Assembly: GCA_050951545.1 (NCBI GenBank)
Contig: JBMNJG010000012.1
Coordinates: 32,001-96,000, forward strand
DNA: 64,000 bases
Source: Limnochordia bacterium
GTDB taxonomy: Bacteria; Bacillota; Limnochordia; DTU080
Direction of reading: 5' to 3'
Made by a program: the position numbers and the translations under genes
Shown: positions 1 to 10,169 of the stretch, one piece after another
How the letters are laid out: each line of letters opens with the position of its first letter
Numbering within the stretch: position 1 is the stretch's first letter
Notes under the pieces: generated by a model
Told to the model about the DNA's origin: nothing
Database searches by the model: none
Seen by the model: only the letters and a program-made list of their open reading frames with translations

Positions 1-799
1 TGGGCGAGAGTTTCAGCCGGAGACGAGCCAGGTGCGAGTCGGCAACGTGCTCTTTGGGGGGACCACGATCCCTGTGATTGCTGGCCCGTGCGCTGTGGAA
101 TCTGAGGAGCAGCTGCTACGGACCGCCGACCGGGTGAAAGAGGCTGGAGCGTCCATGTTGCGCGGTGGCGCTTTCAAGCCCCGGACTTCGCCCTACACCT
201 TTCAGGGCTTGGAGGAAGAGGGCCTGCGACTGCTGGCAGAGGCGCGTCGCCGCACTAGCTTGCCTGTAGTCACGGAAGTGGTGAATCCTCGCGATGTGGA
301 GAGGGTGGTGCAGTACGCTGACATGGTGCAGATTGGTGCCCGTAACATGCAAAACTTCACGTTGCTCAAGGAGGTAGGTATCTCCGGGAGGCCAGTGTTG
401 GTTAAGCGTGGCCTGTCTGCGACTGTGGAAGAGTGGCTGATGGCTGCCGAGTACATCATCTCAGCGGGCAACGACGATGTCGTGCTGTGTGAGCGAGGGA
501 TTCGCACGTACGAGACGCAGACACGTAATACGCTCGATATCAGCGCGGTGGTCGCTATCCATGAGCTCTCTCATCTACCCGTGGTGGTAGATCCGTCACA
601 TGGTACGGGAAAATGGCGGTATGTGACCCCCATGGCCTTAGCCGCAGTGGCTGCGGGGGCCGATGGTCTTATGGTCGAGGTTCATTTCCGTCCGGAGGAA
701 GCACTATCCGACGGGCCGCAGAGCTTGCGGCCAGACGTGTTTGCTCAGATGATGGCTTTGTTGGTCCCGGTAGCTACAGCTGTGGGTCGTGATCTATAA
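1..799 (+). CDS. aroF: 3-deoxy-7-phosphoheptulonate (DAHP) synthase, type I-beta; 5' end outside the window
   Basis: Motifs [36 protein letters not shown]; frame runs to the window edge. Confidence 0.95.
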   Translation, partial: GREFQPETSQVRVGNVLFGGTTIPVIAGPCAVESEEQLLRTADRVKEAGASMLRGGAFKPRTSPYTFQGLEEEGLRLLAEARRRTSLPVVTEVVNPRDVERVVQYADMVQIGARNMQNFTLLKEVGISGRPVLVKRGLSATVEEWLMAAEYIISAGNDDVVLCERGIRTYETQTRNTLDISAVVAIHELSHLPVVVDPSHGTGKWRYVTPMALAAVAAGADGLMVEVHFRPEEALSDGPQSLRPDVFAQMMALLVPVATAVGRDL

Positions 800-1887
800 T
801 GCGGCCGACGGTGGCCATTGTTGGCGTGGGGCTCATAGGTGGTTCTTTGGGCCTTGCCTGGCGTAATGCAGGGGCGGCCAAGGTTATCGGCGTGACACGA
901 AGACGGCAAAATCTCGATGTGGCTCTCAGCTGCGGGGCAATCGACGAGGGAACCACGGATGTGGCGCAAGGCGTCGCGGCAGCGGATGTCGTGGTCTTGT
1001 GTACCCCAGTTGTAGATATTGTGGCATTGGCCAGGTCGATTGTCGCTTATGTTCGCCCCGGCACGCTCCTCACCGACGTGGGCAGTACTAAGGCCTGGAT
1101 CATGCGTGAGATCTCCAGTTTTCTGCCTGGGAGCCTGTCTTTTGTGGGCGGGCACCCCATGGCTGGTTCGGAGCACACGGGTGTTGAGGCTGCTGACCCG
1201 TACCTCTTCGAGAACGCAATTTACTGCCTCACACCTTCGGCAGGGATGGCGGCTTCAGATTCATCGATGAGGCTCTTGCAGGATCTGGTACGCGCTACGG
1301 GCGCGAGACCTCTGTTATTGACCCCAGACGTGCACGATCTCATCGTAGCGGGGATAAGTCACGTTCCCCACCTGGTAGCGGCGGCTTTGGTGAACAGTGT
1401 GGCTGCTACAGATACTGGTGATATGCCCATGCTACGGTTGGCAGCTGGAGGCTTCCGAGATACGACAAGAATTGCCAGCGGATCATCAGAATTATGGCGG
1501 GATATATGCCTAACCAATGGTCCTGCCATTTCCGAGATGCTAGATGCTTTTGAGGGCGCTCTGGTCCAGATGCGGCAAGCAGTTGAGCAGGCCCATGGCG
1601 AGGCCTTATGCAGACTGCTGGAGACAGCGAGAACGGCGCGCCTGACGATGCCTGCTCACTCGGCAGTGCACGAGTTGGTGGTCACATTGGTTGACAGGCC
1701 AGGGGCCATCCATGCAGTGACCGGACTTGTCGCCGCGGCAGATCTGAATGTCGTTGATATTGGCATCCTGAGAGCACGGGAAGGCGAAGGCGGCACGATG
1801 CGTCTGGCTCTGCACAGCGATGAGGCCGCTAATCGGGCCGTGGAGTTACTGCGGGAGAACGGCTACATAGTGCGGCGGCGTACATGA
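799..1887 (+). CDS. tyrA: Prephenate dehydrogenase with C-terminal ACT domain
   Basis: GVGLIGGS Rossmann motif, DVGSTK, GGHPMAGSE, SHVPH, GGFRDTTRIA, DRPGAI ACT motif; coupled to aroF. Confidence 0.93.
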   Translation: MRPTVAIVGVGLIGGSLGLAWRNAGAAKVIGVTRRRQNLDVALSCGAIDEGTTDVAQGVAAADVVVLCTPVVDIVALARSIVAYVRPGTLLTDVGSTKAWIMREISSFLPGSLSFVGGHPMAGSEHTGVEAADPYLFENAIYCLTPSAGMAASDSSMRLLQDLVRATGARPLLLTPDVHDLIVAGISHVPHLVAAALVNSVAATDTGDMPMLRLAAGGFRDTTRIASGSSELWRDICLTNGPAISEMLDAFEGALVQMRQAVEQAHGEALCRLLETARTARLTMPAHSAVHELVVTLVDRPGAIHAVTGLVAAADLNVVDIGILRAREGEGGTMRLALHSDEAANRAVELLRENGYIVRRRT

Positions 1888-1996
1888 TTGTTAGCCATTT
1901 CGTGCAGGTATCTGTAGGGAGTGTAGCGAAGTGGATTGCCGTACAGGAGACATGTGCTAACACGGTTTGCTGTCGTGGGTTAGGGGGAGAAGACGC

Positions 1997-2677
1997 TTGG
2001 GGGGACGAACCCTCGTCGTCGCCATTGACGGTCCGGCAGGTGCGGGCAAAAGTACTGTTGCGCGTGAGGTAGCAGCACGACTACAGTATCTGTATATCGA
2101 TTCGGGTGCCATGTACCGCGCTGTGACGCTAAAGGTCGTACGATTGGGTGTTTCTCCGAGTGACGTTACTCAAGTGGCCGCCATAGCTTCTAGACTGACA
2201 GTCGAGTTGGGTACAGATCCGCGAGAAGGCGTGAGCCAAGTTTTTCTCGACCGCGAGAACGTAACAAACTGCATTCGCTCACCAGCAGTAAATGACGCGG
2301 TTGCCTTAGTGGCTGCTAATCCTGTTGTGCGTGAGCATCTGCGTAATGCGCAGCGTAGGCTCGCCAGTCAGGGTGGCGTGGTCATGGACGGCAGAGACAT
2401 TGGTACGGTTGTCCTTCCCGATGCCGATGTCAAGATCTACCTTACCGCGTCCTTGCACACGCGGGCTGCTCGTCGCTATGAGGAGATGCGGTCGCAGGGC
2501 CTGTGTGTTACTCAGGCACAGCTCATGCGTGAAATAGCTCTTCGCGACGCTGCAGACTGCCAAAGGACGATCGCTCCGCTTGAGAAGGCACCTGATGCCG
2601 TGCTCATCGACACAACGGGTGTGTCCGTGGCAGAGGTCGTAGACAAGGTCATTCACATCTGCCGAGGGAGGATGTGA
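1997..2677 (+). CDS. cmk: Cytidylate kinase
   Basis: AIDGPAGAGKST, DSGAMYRA, MDGRDIGTVV; TTG start at 1997 behind AGGGGGAG. Confidence 0.95.
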   Translation: MGGRTLVVAIDGPAGAGKSTVAREVAARLQYLYIDSGAMYRAVTLKVVRLGVSPSDVTQVAAIASRLTVELGTDPREGVSQVFLDRENVTNCIRSPAVNDAVALVAANPVVREHLRNAQRRLASQGGVVMDGRDIGTVVLPDADVKIYLTASLHTRAARRYEEMRSQGLCVTQAQLMREIALRDAADCQRTIAPLEKAPDAVLIDTTGVSVAEVVDKVIHICRGRM

Positions 2678-3286
2678 ATGATGCGTTTGTACCCCTTGGG
2701 TCGTGCCGTCTGCAAAGCAGTGCTGTGTACGTACTTTCGTCAACGAGTTGAGGGTAAAGAGAACGTACCCCGCTCGGGGCCATTTGTTGTGGCAGCCAAC
2801 CATGTCAGCTACCTCGATCCGCCTGTTCTTGGCGTAGCTTGTCCTCGTCCTATCCAATTCATGGCGAAAGCTGAGCTTTTCCAGATTCCCATACTGGGTT
2901 TTCTGATCCGCGAGCTGGGCGCTTTTCCCGTCCATCGGGGGGCAGCAGACAGGCATGCTATCCGACGAGCATTGCATATCCTGGAGGATGGGGGCGTTCT
3001 TGGCGTCTTTCCTGAGGGTACTCGCAGTCGTCGAGGGCGGGTGCTGAATCCACAGGGGGGCGCGGCACTCATAGCGCTTAAGGCGGGCGTACCTGTTTTG
3101 CCTGCAGGCATATGGGGCACAGCTGATGTGGATGGCCCCTGGCACTTCCCCAAGCCCGTACGTGTTGGGGTTCGTTTTGGCGAGCCGATCGATCTTGGAC
3201 AACCCAAAACTGTGGATCGAAAAGCTGTCGATGAGGCAAGCGTGTACATTATGAGCAGGATACGAGAGTTACAAAACGTCACATAG
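2678..3286 (+). CDS. plsC: 1-acyl-sn-glycerol-3-phosphate acyltransferase
   Basis: NHVSYLDP and FPEGTRS motifs; usual position after cmk. Confidence 0.9.
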   Translation: MMRLYPLGRAVCKAVLCTYFRQRVEGKENVPRSGPFVVAANHVSYLDPPVLGVACPRPIQFMAKAELFQIPILGFLIRELGAFPVHRGAADRHAIRRALHILEDGGVLGVFPEGTRSRRGRVLNPQGGAALIALKAGVPVLPAGIWGTADVDGPWHFPKPVRVGVRFGEPIDLGQPKTVDRKAVDEASVYIMSRIRELQNVT

Positions 3287-3360
3287 GCCGTATTGGGTGA
3301 GTTGACCCATGCGGAACCGCGTGTTTTTTCGTTATCCTGCCTGGGAATTCGGCTAGTAGG

Positions 3361-3387
3361 GAGGAGTCCGTGCAGTAGAGACGAATA
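3361..3387 (+). promoter_or_regulatory. Putative sigma-H-type promoter of rpsA
   Basis: AGGAGTC...GACGAAT resembles the sigma-H consensus AGGA-N-GAAT. Confidence 0.4.
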
Positions 3388-3511
3388 TGGTTGGGGAATG
3401 GCATCATTTCCGCGCTCTTGCGAATACTAGGCGAGGGCACCGGGCGGTGTCCCAGAGGGGTTGGGCCCGCGTGAAGTCAGTTTCAGGAGTCTTGGGGGGT
3501 TATGAAGGGTC

Positions 3512-4954
3512 ATGACTGAGGTACGCGACGAAAGAGAAAAAGAAACGGAAGTCACAACTGCCAGCGAGCAGGCACAGTCCACGGATGCAAGCGGGCCCAG
3601 CACGGAAGTTGTGATAGAGGGTCAGGCAGAGGCAGCCGTGGAAGATACTGGCGAGCAGGCTGTGGAGGCTTGCGACGAAGGGGAAGACGCTCCAACGGAA
3701 CAGGCCGCAAGCGAGCCGGCTTCCGGGACGCAGTACGACGAGACTTTTGCCACACTTGAACCGGGCAAGGTAGTCACAGGCCGTGTTGTTCAGGTTGGCG
3801 AGGACGAAGTCATGGTCGATGTCGGGTACAAGTCAGAGGGCCGAATTCCCCTGCATGAACTCGGACTGCGAAGCGGGCAGAAGCCAGCGGATGTTCTTGA
3901 GGCGGGCGACGATGTCGATGTGTTGGTTCTAAAGGTAGAAGACACGGAGGGGAACGTCCTTCTTTCGAAACGACGGGCCGATACCCGCTTGGTATGGCAG
4001 AAGCTCGAGGAGATGCACGAAAGTGGCGCTATCCTCGAGGCTGTGGTCACTGAGAGGGTCAAGGGCGGTCTGTTGGTAGATGTGGGCGTGCGCGGCTTTG
4101 TGCCAGCTTCACATGTCGCCCGCAACTATGTGGAGAACCTGGACAAATACGTTGGCGAAGAGCTACGTCTCAAGATTGTCGAGATTGATCGTCAGCGTAA
4201 CAACGTGGTTCTCTCGCGCAAGTTGGTCTTGGAGGAGGAGTATCTCAAGGCCAAGGAAGAGACTTTCTTGACACTCAAGGAAGGTACGATCGTGGAGGGC
4301 ATTGTCCGCCGTATCACGGATTTCGGTGCCTTTGTAGATATCGGGTCTGGTGTTGAAGGTCTCTTGCATGTCAGCGAAATGGCATGGAGCCGCGTGAAGC
4401 ACCCTGCCGATGTCGTCAAGGAAGACGATTGTATCAACGTGATGGTTCTCAATGTTGACCGAGAACACGAACGCATATCGTTGTCCCTCAAAGAGACGTT
4501 GCCAGATCCATGGGAAACAGTGAACCAGCGCTATGTCGTGGGCGACATTGTCGAAGGTGAAGTGACGCGGGTCGTCGACTTCGGTGCCTTCGTCAAGCTA
4601 GAAGATGGCATCGAGGGTCTGGTCCACATTTCCCAGATGGCTGATCACCACGTCACCAATCCATCCGAGATTGTCAGTTCGGGCGACATAGTCAGTGTGA
4701 AGATTGTCAGCTTGGACGAGAGAGCTCGTCGGATCGGTCTGTCAATACGTGAGGCTCAGCCTCGCCCTGTGCGCCAACCCAAGGAAAGCTACAGGGAGCA
4801 GGCTAGTTTCGGTGATACGAGCGAGGGGAACACTCTTGGCGATCGTTTCCCTGGCCTTTCGAGCTACTTCAATGACGATGGCGGCGACGACGATGGAGAC
4901 GTTGACGATGGAAACGACGAGGATGGAGAGGATGGAAACGGCGACGAGCAGTAG
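3512..4954 (+). CDS. rpsA: 30S ribosomal protein S1 (four S1 domains, acidic N- and C-terminal extensions)
   Basis: VDVGYKSEG, VKGGLLVDVGVRGFVPASH, DFGAFVD..EGLLHVSE repeats. Confidence 0.95.
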   Translation: MTEVRDEREKETEVTTASEQAQSTDASGPSTEVVIEGQAEAAVEDTGEQAVEACDEGEDAPTEQAASEPASGTQYDETFATLEPGKVVTGRVVQVGEDEVMVDVGYKSEGRIPLHELGLRSGQKPADVLEAGDDVDVLVLKVEDTEGNVLLSKRRADTRLVWQKLEEMHESGAILEAVVTERVKGGLLVDVGVRGFVPASHVARNYVENLDKYVGEELRLKIVEIDRQRNNVVLSRKLVLEEEYLKAKEETFLTLKEGTIVEGIVRRITDFGAFVDIGSGVEGLLHVSEMAWSRVKHPADVVKEDDCINVMVLNVDREHERISLSLKETLPDPWETVNQRYVVGDIVEGEVTRVVDFGAFVKLEDGIEGLVHISQMADHHVTNPSEIVSSGDIVSVKIVSLDERARRIGLSIREAQPRPVRQPKESYREQASFGDTSEGNTLGDRFPGLSSYFNDDGGDDDGDVDDGNDEDGEDGNGDEQ

Positions 4955-4990
4955 TCGTTTGTCCTGACATATTCCTAATCGCCAGAGTAG

Positions 4991-5030
4991 GCGGGGCTTG
5001 AGCTGTGAGCTTGAGCCTCGTTTTTTTCTT
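4991..5030 (+). terminator. Probable intrinsic terminator after rpsA
   Basis: GCGGGGCTTGAG...CTTGAGCCTCGT stem followed by a T tract. Confidence 0.65.
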
Positions 5031-5133
5031 CAAACACGTTCCGTGTGGTTATGGGGCGCAGCGATCGGGAAAGCTAAGATACGGCAAAGATCGTGCACAA
5101 CCATGGCTTCTGGTGGAAGGGACGTGACGAAAG

Positions 5134-5832
5134 GTGTCGTTGGGTCTGGTTCTTCTTTTGGCACTTGCCGCTGCCATCTACTTCGGGTTAGCGCATCGGA
5201 TATTGGACCGCATGCGACTCACGGACGTGCAAGCGCTGATCTTCATTGCAGCGATGATCGCTGGCGGTTTTGTGACCATTCCCATTCCTGTTGGTCAGAT
5301 TGGACTATCGGTAAACGTCGGTGGGGCACTTGTGCCTATTGCGCTCTCCTTGTACTTGCTCTCCAAGGCAGACACGACATGGGAGTGGGTCAGAGCACTC
5401 TTGGCGGCGGTAGGAACCGCCGCTACCATCTGGGCGATTGCCCTGGCGACGGATTTCGGGCCCGAAGCGGGAAGAACAGTATTCATCGATTCGGTCTGGT
5501 TGTACAGCCTTGCTGGAGGCGTGATTGCCTACCTGCTCGGCAGGTCGCGCAGAGCGGCATTCATAGCGGGAACCTTCGGTGTGGTTCTGGCGGACCTGGC
5601 CCACATGGTGCAGTTGTGGACACGCCGGTTACCCGGGATGGTGGCCATGGGTGGGGCAGGTGTTTTTGACACTACGGTGTTGGCTGGCCTCATCGCTGTC
5701 ACTCTCGCCGAGCTTATCGGTGAGTCTAGGGAGCGCATCCAGGGGGGGCCTGAGTTGGGTGGCGATAGACCCTTGGCATTGCGGCAGGACGAAGGGGTGT
5801 CGGAAGACGATTTCCGAGGTGAGGATCTGTGA
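5134..5832 (+). CDS. DUF1614-like membrane protein
   Basis: Multi-TM protein with RILDRMRLTD, NVGGALVP, MGGAGVFD; typical neighbour of spoIIP/YIEGIA. Confidence 0.75.
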   Translation: MSLGLVLLLALAAAIYFGLAHRILDRMRLTDVQALIFIAAMIAGGFVTIPIPVGQIGLSVNVGGALVPIALSLYLLSKADTTWEWVRALLAAVGTAATIWAIALATDFGPEAGRTVFIDSVWLYSLAGGVIAYLLGRSRRAAFIAGTFGVVLADLAHMVQLWTRRLPGMVAMGGAGVFDTTVLAGLIAVTLAELIGESRERIQGGPELGGDRPLALRQDEGVSEDDFRGEDL

Positions 5833-7004
5833 GAAAGACGACTGTGGCACTGTGCGCGCTAGTGTTTCTGGGTGTATTCGCTCTGATATCCCAAGCTGAG
5901 GAGTGGGGAGAACGAGCGGATGGTGGCTATTATCGAGTTGTGGACCTAGAGGGGAAGTTCCTCACGGTAACGGCTCTTGAGCTCGGCAAGGGAGATCTGT
6001 ACATCGATGCAGAGAATCAGCGTTATGTGATCGATCACTTCAATGGCGACACTGCTGTGGCTCGTCACGATGGTAAAGAGCGTATGCCAGTTATTCGCGA
6101 GGCCAAACAAAGCCTGTGGGCGGGTGCCATCGAGTGGGCGGCGCAGATAATGGGTAGGGAGAGGGTCAATCGCAAGCTGGTAGGCATCTATCACACCCAC
6201 GGTGATGAGTGCTATACACCGACCAGCGGTACCGAATCCCGGACGCCGAGGGGAGACATCTATGAGGTCGGAGCTGCGTTAGCTCAGGCACTGGAGAAGG
6301 AAGGCTATGAGGTTCAGCACTCCTGGGACACTTTTGTGCCGCACGACGGACAGGCCTATCTGCGCTCGCGCCGCACAGCCTCAGAGCTGAGCAAGAGTCG
6401 CCCGCAGACGATGATCGATGTGCATCGTGATGCGGTACCAGATCCTCAGGAGTACCGGACCCAAGTTAGTGGTCAGCCAACGAGCAGAGTTCGCTTAGTC
6501 GTGGGAAGGCAGAACCATCTTCGAGACACCAATCTGGCCTATGCCAAGCGGATCAAGGCGATTGCCGATGAGAAGTTCCCCAATCTCATTCACGGCATTT
6601 TCCATGCCAAGGGTAACTACAACCAGGATCTGGGGCCTCGGATGATCCTGCTTGAGGTCGGTACGCATACGACGACTCTAGCGGAGGCGAAGCGAGCGGC
6701 CCAGTTGATGGCCAGTGTGATTCCGGCAGCGGCGGGAATGGCTCCGGGTACTGCCAGTGGTGAAGCAAGCCAAACCGGGAGAGCGGCTTTGACGACGTTC
6801 TGGTGGGTTCTCGGTCTCGCTATCGTGGGCGGGGTGGCCTGGGTTTTCTTGAATAAGGAGGGTGCCAGTCGTCTACTGAGAAGCATCAGTAGCGTACGGG
6901 CTGGGGGAGTCTTGGGGGCAGGTGAGCCCGATAAGCAAGAGGAGCAAGACGGAACCGTGCATGGTAAGCGTCGCTCGCGTCTTTTTGGGCGACGTCGATG
7001 GTGA
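5829..7004 (+). CDS. spoIIP: Stage II sporulation protein P-like amidase/endopeptidase
   Basis: IYHTHGDECY, DVHRDA, YNQDL, LLEVG motifs; N-terminal signal/TM. Confidence 0.88.
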   Translation: MRKTTVALCALVFLGVFALISQAEEWGERADGGYYRVVDLEGKFLTVTALELGKGDLYIDAENQRYVIDHFNGDTAVARHDGKERMPVIREAKQSLWAGAIEWAAQIMGRERVNRKLVGIYHTHGDECYTPTSGTESRTPRGDIYEVGAALAQALEKEGYEVQHSWDTFVPHDGQAYLRSRRTASELSKSRPQTMIDVHRDAVPDPQEYRTQVSGQPTSRVRLVVGRQNHLRDTNLAYAKRIKAIADEKFPNLIHGIFHAKGNYNQDLGPRMILLEVGTHTTTLAEAKRAAQLMASVIPAAAGMAPGTASGEASQTGRAALTTFWWVLGLAIVGGVAWVFLNKEGASRLLRSISSVRAGGVLGAGEPDKQEEQDGTVHGKRRSRLFGRRRW

Positions 7005-7010
7005 CCTACC

Positions 7011-7913
7011 ATGCAACCGATGCTAACGATTGCATTGAGTCTGGCTGTTGGCACCCTGGCTCGATGGTACATGCTGCGCATCGACTATCGCATGTATCCG
7101 AGTTATCCGCAGGGTTATCTCATTCATCTGACATTTGGGGCCATTGCCGCCTCGCTGGGGGCTGTTGCCGTTCCTGCTGTGATGGCAAGAGACTTCCAGG
7201 CAGTTACTTTCTTGGCTTTGGCTGCTACGCAGTTTCGTGAAGTGCGCGCTCTTGAGCGCGAAACGCTACAGAACATGGAGGACACGGAACTGGTACCCAG
7301 GGGTACGGCCTATATTGAGGGGATTGCTCGTGTCTTTGAAGCCCGCAACTACCTTGCTCTTCTCACGTCACTCCTCACGACGCTGGTGGCCCATCTGATG
7401 CCAGCACGTGCCAGCGGGCGCTTAGTAGTGGCCGCTGTTGTGGGCGTATCTGTGCCCTTACTTCTTCGTCGAGCGATGCAGGGACCGCGCATCAAGGACA
7501 TTGCCCGTATCAGCGAGGTGCCGATTGAGTTTGCTGGCCCCCTGCTAGTGGCAGGTGGCGTACACATGATGAATATCGGGCTACCTGACGCGCAGAGGAA
7601 GTACCGCGAACAGGGGGTAGCGATCGCCATCATCCCCAGAGATGCGAATGCCAAAGCGACTCTAGCCAATGCTGGGCAGCATCAGGCCATCGTCCATGAC
7701 GCTGCTGGGCAACTGGGGGTACTCAAGGACACGGGTGAGCCGGAGTATACCCCGCTCGCCCGTCGCGACCCGGTCTCAGGCAGGGTGGTTCTGGTCATCA
7801 TTCCGGCTGAGCGCAATGTCGAGGCCTTGATGATGGCGGTGGGCAATGTGCCTGTTCTTGAGGGAGTAACGCGGCGTCCCCTGAGCGCAAAGGCCGGGCG
7901 TCTTGCTGATTGA
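7011..7913 (+). CDS. YIEGIA family membrane protein
   Basis: Signature YIEGIARVFEARNY and DYRMYPSYPQG. Confidence 0.9.
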   Translation: MQPMLTIALSLAVGTLARWYMLRIDYRMYPSYPQGYLIHLTFGAIAASLGAVAVPAVMARDFQAVTFLALAATQFREVRALERETLQNMEDTELVPRGTAYIEGIARVFEARNYLALLTSLLTTLVAHLMPARASGRLVVAAVVGVSVPLLLRRAMQGPRIKDIARISEVPIEFAGPLLVAGGVHMMNIGLPDAQRKYREQGVAIAIIPRDANAKATLANAGQHQAIVHDAAGQLGVLKDTGEPEYTPLARRDPVSGRVVLVIIPAERNVEALMMAVGNVPVLEGVTRRPLSAKAGRLAD

Positions 7914-7926
7914 GTGAGGTGAGTGG

Positions 7927-8124
7927 TTGAACGTGGATACTGATCTTAAACGCGACATCGTAGCGACGGTAACCCTTCACAGCGACCGAGTCGGCGGGGG
8001 TGCGCCCATATTCCTGGCTCGTGACCAGAGGGAACTCGAGGCCATCGCAGCGGCTATAGCTAGGGTTGTCATCGGCATGGTACATGCCGTGGGTGAGGGT
8101 ACCTTCATCATCGTTAAGCACTAG
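7927..8124 (+). CDS. Small YIEGIA-associated (capping-subunit family) protein
   Basis: 65 aa, VGGGAPIF motif, ends IIVKH, directly after YIEGIA. Confidence 0.8.
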   Translation: MNVDTDLKRDIVATVTLHSDRVGGGAPIFLARDQRELEAIAAAIARVVIGMVHAVGEGTFIIVKH

Positions 8125-8144
8125 CTAAGGGGATCTCAGTCGGT

Positions 8145-8717
8145 ATGAAGATCGTGTATGACGACTATGGTGGAGCGCACTCTACTCCGGTAGCGGCTGC
8201 CCTTCACCTGGGTAGAATGCGTGCAGACAGGTGCCCAACGAATGCAGAGCTGATGGCGCTCCCCCTTTTTGACCGGGTGACCCGGGCCGGCCAGGGCTAC
8301 CTGATCTATATGGGGACTGATGCTGAGGGTCACGAGGTCTACATACTGGGGCGGGGACCCTCAGGTATAATCGTTGAGCGAGCTCTTGTCTCGGGCAGTA
8401 CGCTTGCAGGGGGGCTGCCTGCTTGCACCATGTTTGTGGAGACTCTTTCGTGTGTAAACCTGTGGATGCGAGTTGGCGGGTTTCTCTCGCGTGCTTTGGG
8501 GTGGGTCAGTTTGGGCCGACCGCTGGTGCTGTATGGCACCCGCACGGCTTTTCCGAGTCTGGTCAAGCTGGTCGCTCTGACGAAAAGCAGGGCCTCGATG
8601 CATCGAGAGTGTCGCTGCTTTGTTAGCTCTCGTGGTGAGGATCTCTCCGCAGCAACGTACGACAGTGTATACAAAGGCGCGTTGGCTGGAATTCCATCGG
8701 AGTCGTCTTCCTTGTGA
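8145..8717 (+). CDS. DUF3189 family protein
   Basis: N-terminal YGGAHSTPVAAALHLG; MRVGGFLSRALG..GRPLV. Confidence 0.8.
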   Translation: MKIVYDDYGGAHSTPVAAALHLGRMRADRCPTNAELMALPLFDRVTRAGQGYLIYMGTDAEGHEVYILGRGPSGIIVERALVSGSTLAGGLPACTMFVETLSCVNLWMRVGGFLSRALGWVSLGRPLVLYGTRTAFPSLVKLVALTKSRASMHRECRCFVSSRGEDLSAATYDSVYKGALAGIPSESSSL

Positions 8718-8787
8718 GCGTTCTATGCTGTGGAAACAGCAGGAGTAGCCTCTCGGGGAGCGAACTGCACTGAGGGAGGCGCCAGCT

Positions 8788-10107
8788 TTGGCAAACAACA
8801 GACCTGCGGGAGCTCTGATTTCGGATGTGCGACCCGGTTCCATTGCTGCAGAGGCTGAGATCGAGCCTGGTGATCGTCTTCTGCGCATCAATAACCAGTA
8901 TCTCACAGATCTGATCGACTACAAGTACCTTATCAGCGACGAGCATTTGTTGTTGGATGTGTGCAAGGCTGATGGTGACCTGTGGGAGGTAGAGATTGAC
9001 AAGGAGTACGACCAGGACTTAGGACTGGAGTTTGAGTCCGCCGCCTTTGGCGCTATGCGCGAGTGTGCCAACCACTGTGTGTTCTGTTTTGTCGATCAGA
9101 ACCCTCCGGGTCTGCGGTCATCGCTCTATGTGTACGATGACGATTACCGGCTCTCGTGTCTACAAGGGAACTTTGTCACCCTCACGAACTTGACACCAGA
9201 GGAATGGGAACGTATCGGCCGTCTACATCTGTCACCGCTGTACGTGTCTGTGCACGCCATGGATCCAGCGCTACGTGAGAAGCTACTAGGCACTCCCAAG
9301 GCGCGTCAGATACGAGAGCATTTGGACTTCCTGCGCGACCATCATGTGACGGTACATGCTCAGATTGTCCTATGCCCCGGTCTTAACGACGGCCAGCAGC
9401 TGGAATACACAGTCACGCAGTTGGCGCACTATTATCCTAGCGTCCAATCTGTGGCCGTGGTGCCAGTGGGCTTGACGCGCTATCGCGAGGGCCTGCCCTC
9501 CTTGCGCTTGATAACTCGTGATGAGACGCATACACTGATCAAGCAGTTGCATAGGTTGCAGGGCCGTTTCCTGAAGGAAATGGGGACGCGTTTCATGTGG
9601 TTGGCCGACGAGTTCTTTCTCGCCTATGGTTTCCGTCTTCCCGATCGCGCGCATTACGAGGGATTACCGCAGATGGAGAACGGCGTGGGACTGGCGAGGC
9701 AGTTCCATACTGATTTCGCAGCAGCCATGCAGGAGGTAGAGGGTCTGCCGCGTCTGGAGTACCCGGTGACAGCTGCTACTGGCGTGTTGGGGGCGAAGGT
9801 CCTTCAGCCAGCGGTTGCTGCATTACGCTGCCTGAACGTCAAGATTGAGCTTGAAGCTCTGAAGAACCAGTTTTTTGGCGAGACGATCACTGCCACGGGT
9901 CTATTGACTGGGCGTGATCTGATCGAACAGCTCAGAGGGAAGAGTCTTGGTGATGAGCTGCTGCTGCCCTCGGAGATGGTTCGCACCGACGGCTCCGAAG
10001 GCGTGTTTCTTGACGATGTCACGCTCGCTACGGTAAGCGAAGCACTGCAGCTTCCGGTCGTCGTTTTGCGCGGAGCCCGCGATCTTGTCACCCATCTGTT
10101 GAGGTAA
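8788..10107 (+). CDS. PDZ + radical-SAM-like Fe-S protein (DUF512 family)
   Basis: N-terminal PDZ-like segment, CANHCVFC (CxxxCxxC), GNFVTLTN, QMENGVG; usual upstream neighbour of der. Confidence 0.88.
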   Translation: MANNRPAGALISDVRPGSIAAEAEIEPGDRLLRINNQYLTDLIDYKYLISDEHLLLDVCKADGDLWEVEIDKEYDQDLGLEFESAAFGAMRECANHCVFCFVDQNPPGLRSSLYVYDDDYRLSCLQGNFVTLTNLTPEEWERIGRLHLSPLYVSVHAMDPALREKLLGTPKARQIREHLDFLRDHHVTVHAQIVLCPGLNDGQQLEYTVTQLAHYYPSVQSVAVVPVGLTRYREGLPSLRLITRDETHTLIKQLHRLQGRFLKEMGTRFMWLADEFFLAYGFRLPDRAHYEGLPQMENGVGLARQFHTDFAAAMQEVEGLPRLEYPVTAATGVLGAKVLQPAVAALRCLNVKIELEALKNQFFGETITATGLLTGRDLIEQLRGKSLGDELLLPSEMVRTDGSEGVFLDDVTLATVSEALQLPVVVLRGARDLVTHLLR

Positions 10108-10120
10108 TGGGTGTTGGCAT

Positions 10121-10161
10121 CTCATGTCGTTAGAACAGCATAGAAGGATCCTGAAAAGGAG
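10121..10161 (+). promoter_or_regulatory. Shared upstream motif, copy C (CTCATGTCG-N6-CAGCATAGAAGGAT...AAAGGAG) before der
   Basis: Visually aligns with the 46-bp elements at 48795-48840 and 50823-50868. Confidence 0.4.
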
Positions 10162-10169
10162 TCGCTTGT

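Noticed and set aside
2306-3202. 298-aa minus-strand ORF
   Set aside because: Shadow of cmk/plsC with no recognisable motifs
4870-4950. GAC/GAT/GGC-rich stretch as a DNA tandem repeat
   Set aside because: Explained by the Asp/Gly-rich protein tail; no exact repeat unit
4998-5669. 223-aa + strand ORF
   Set aside because: Alternate frame overlapping the DUF1614-like gene; implausible composition
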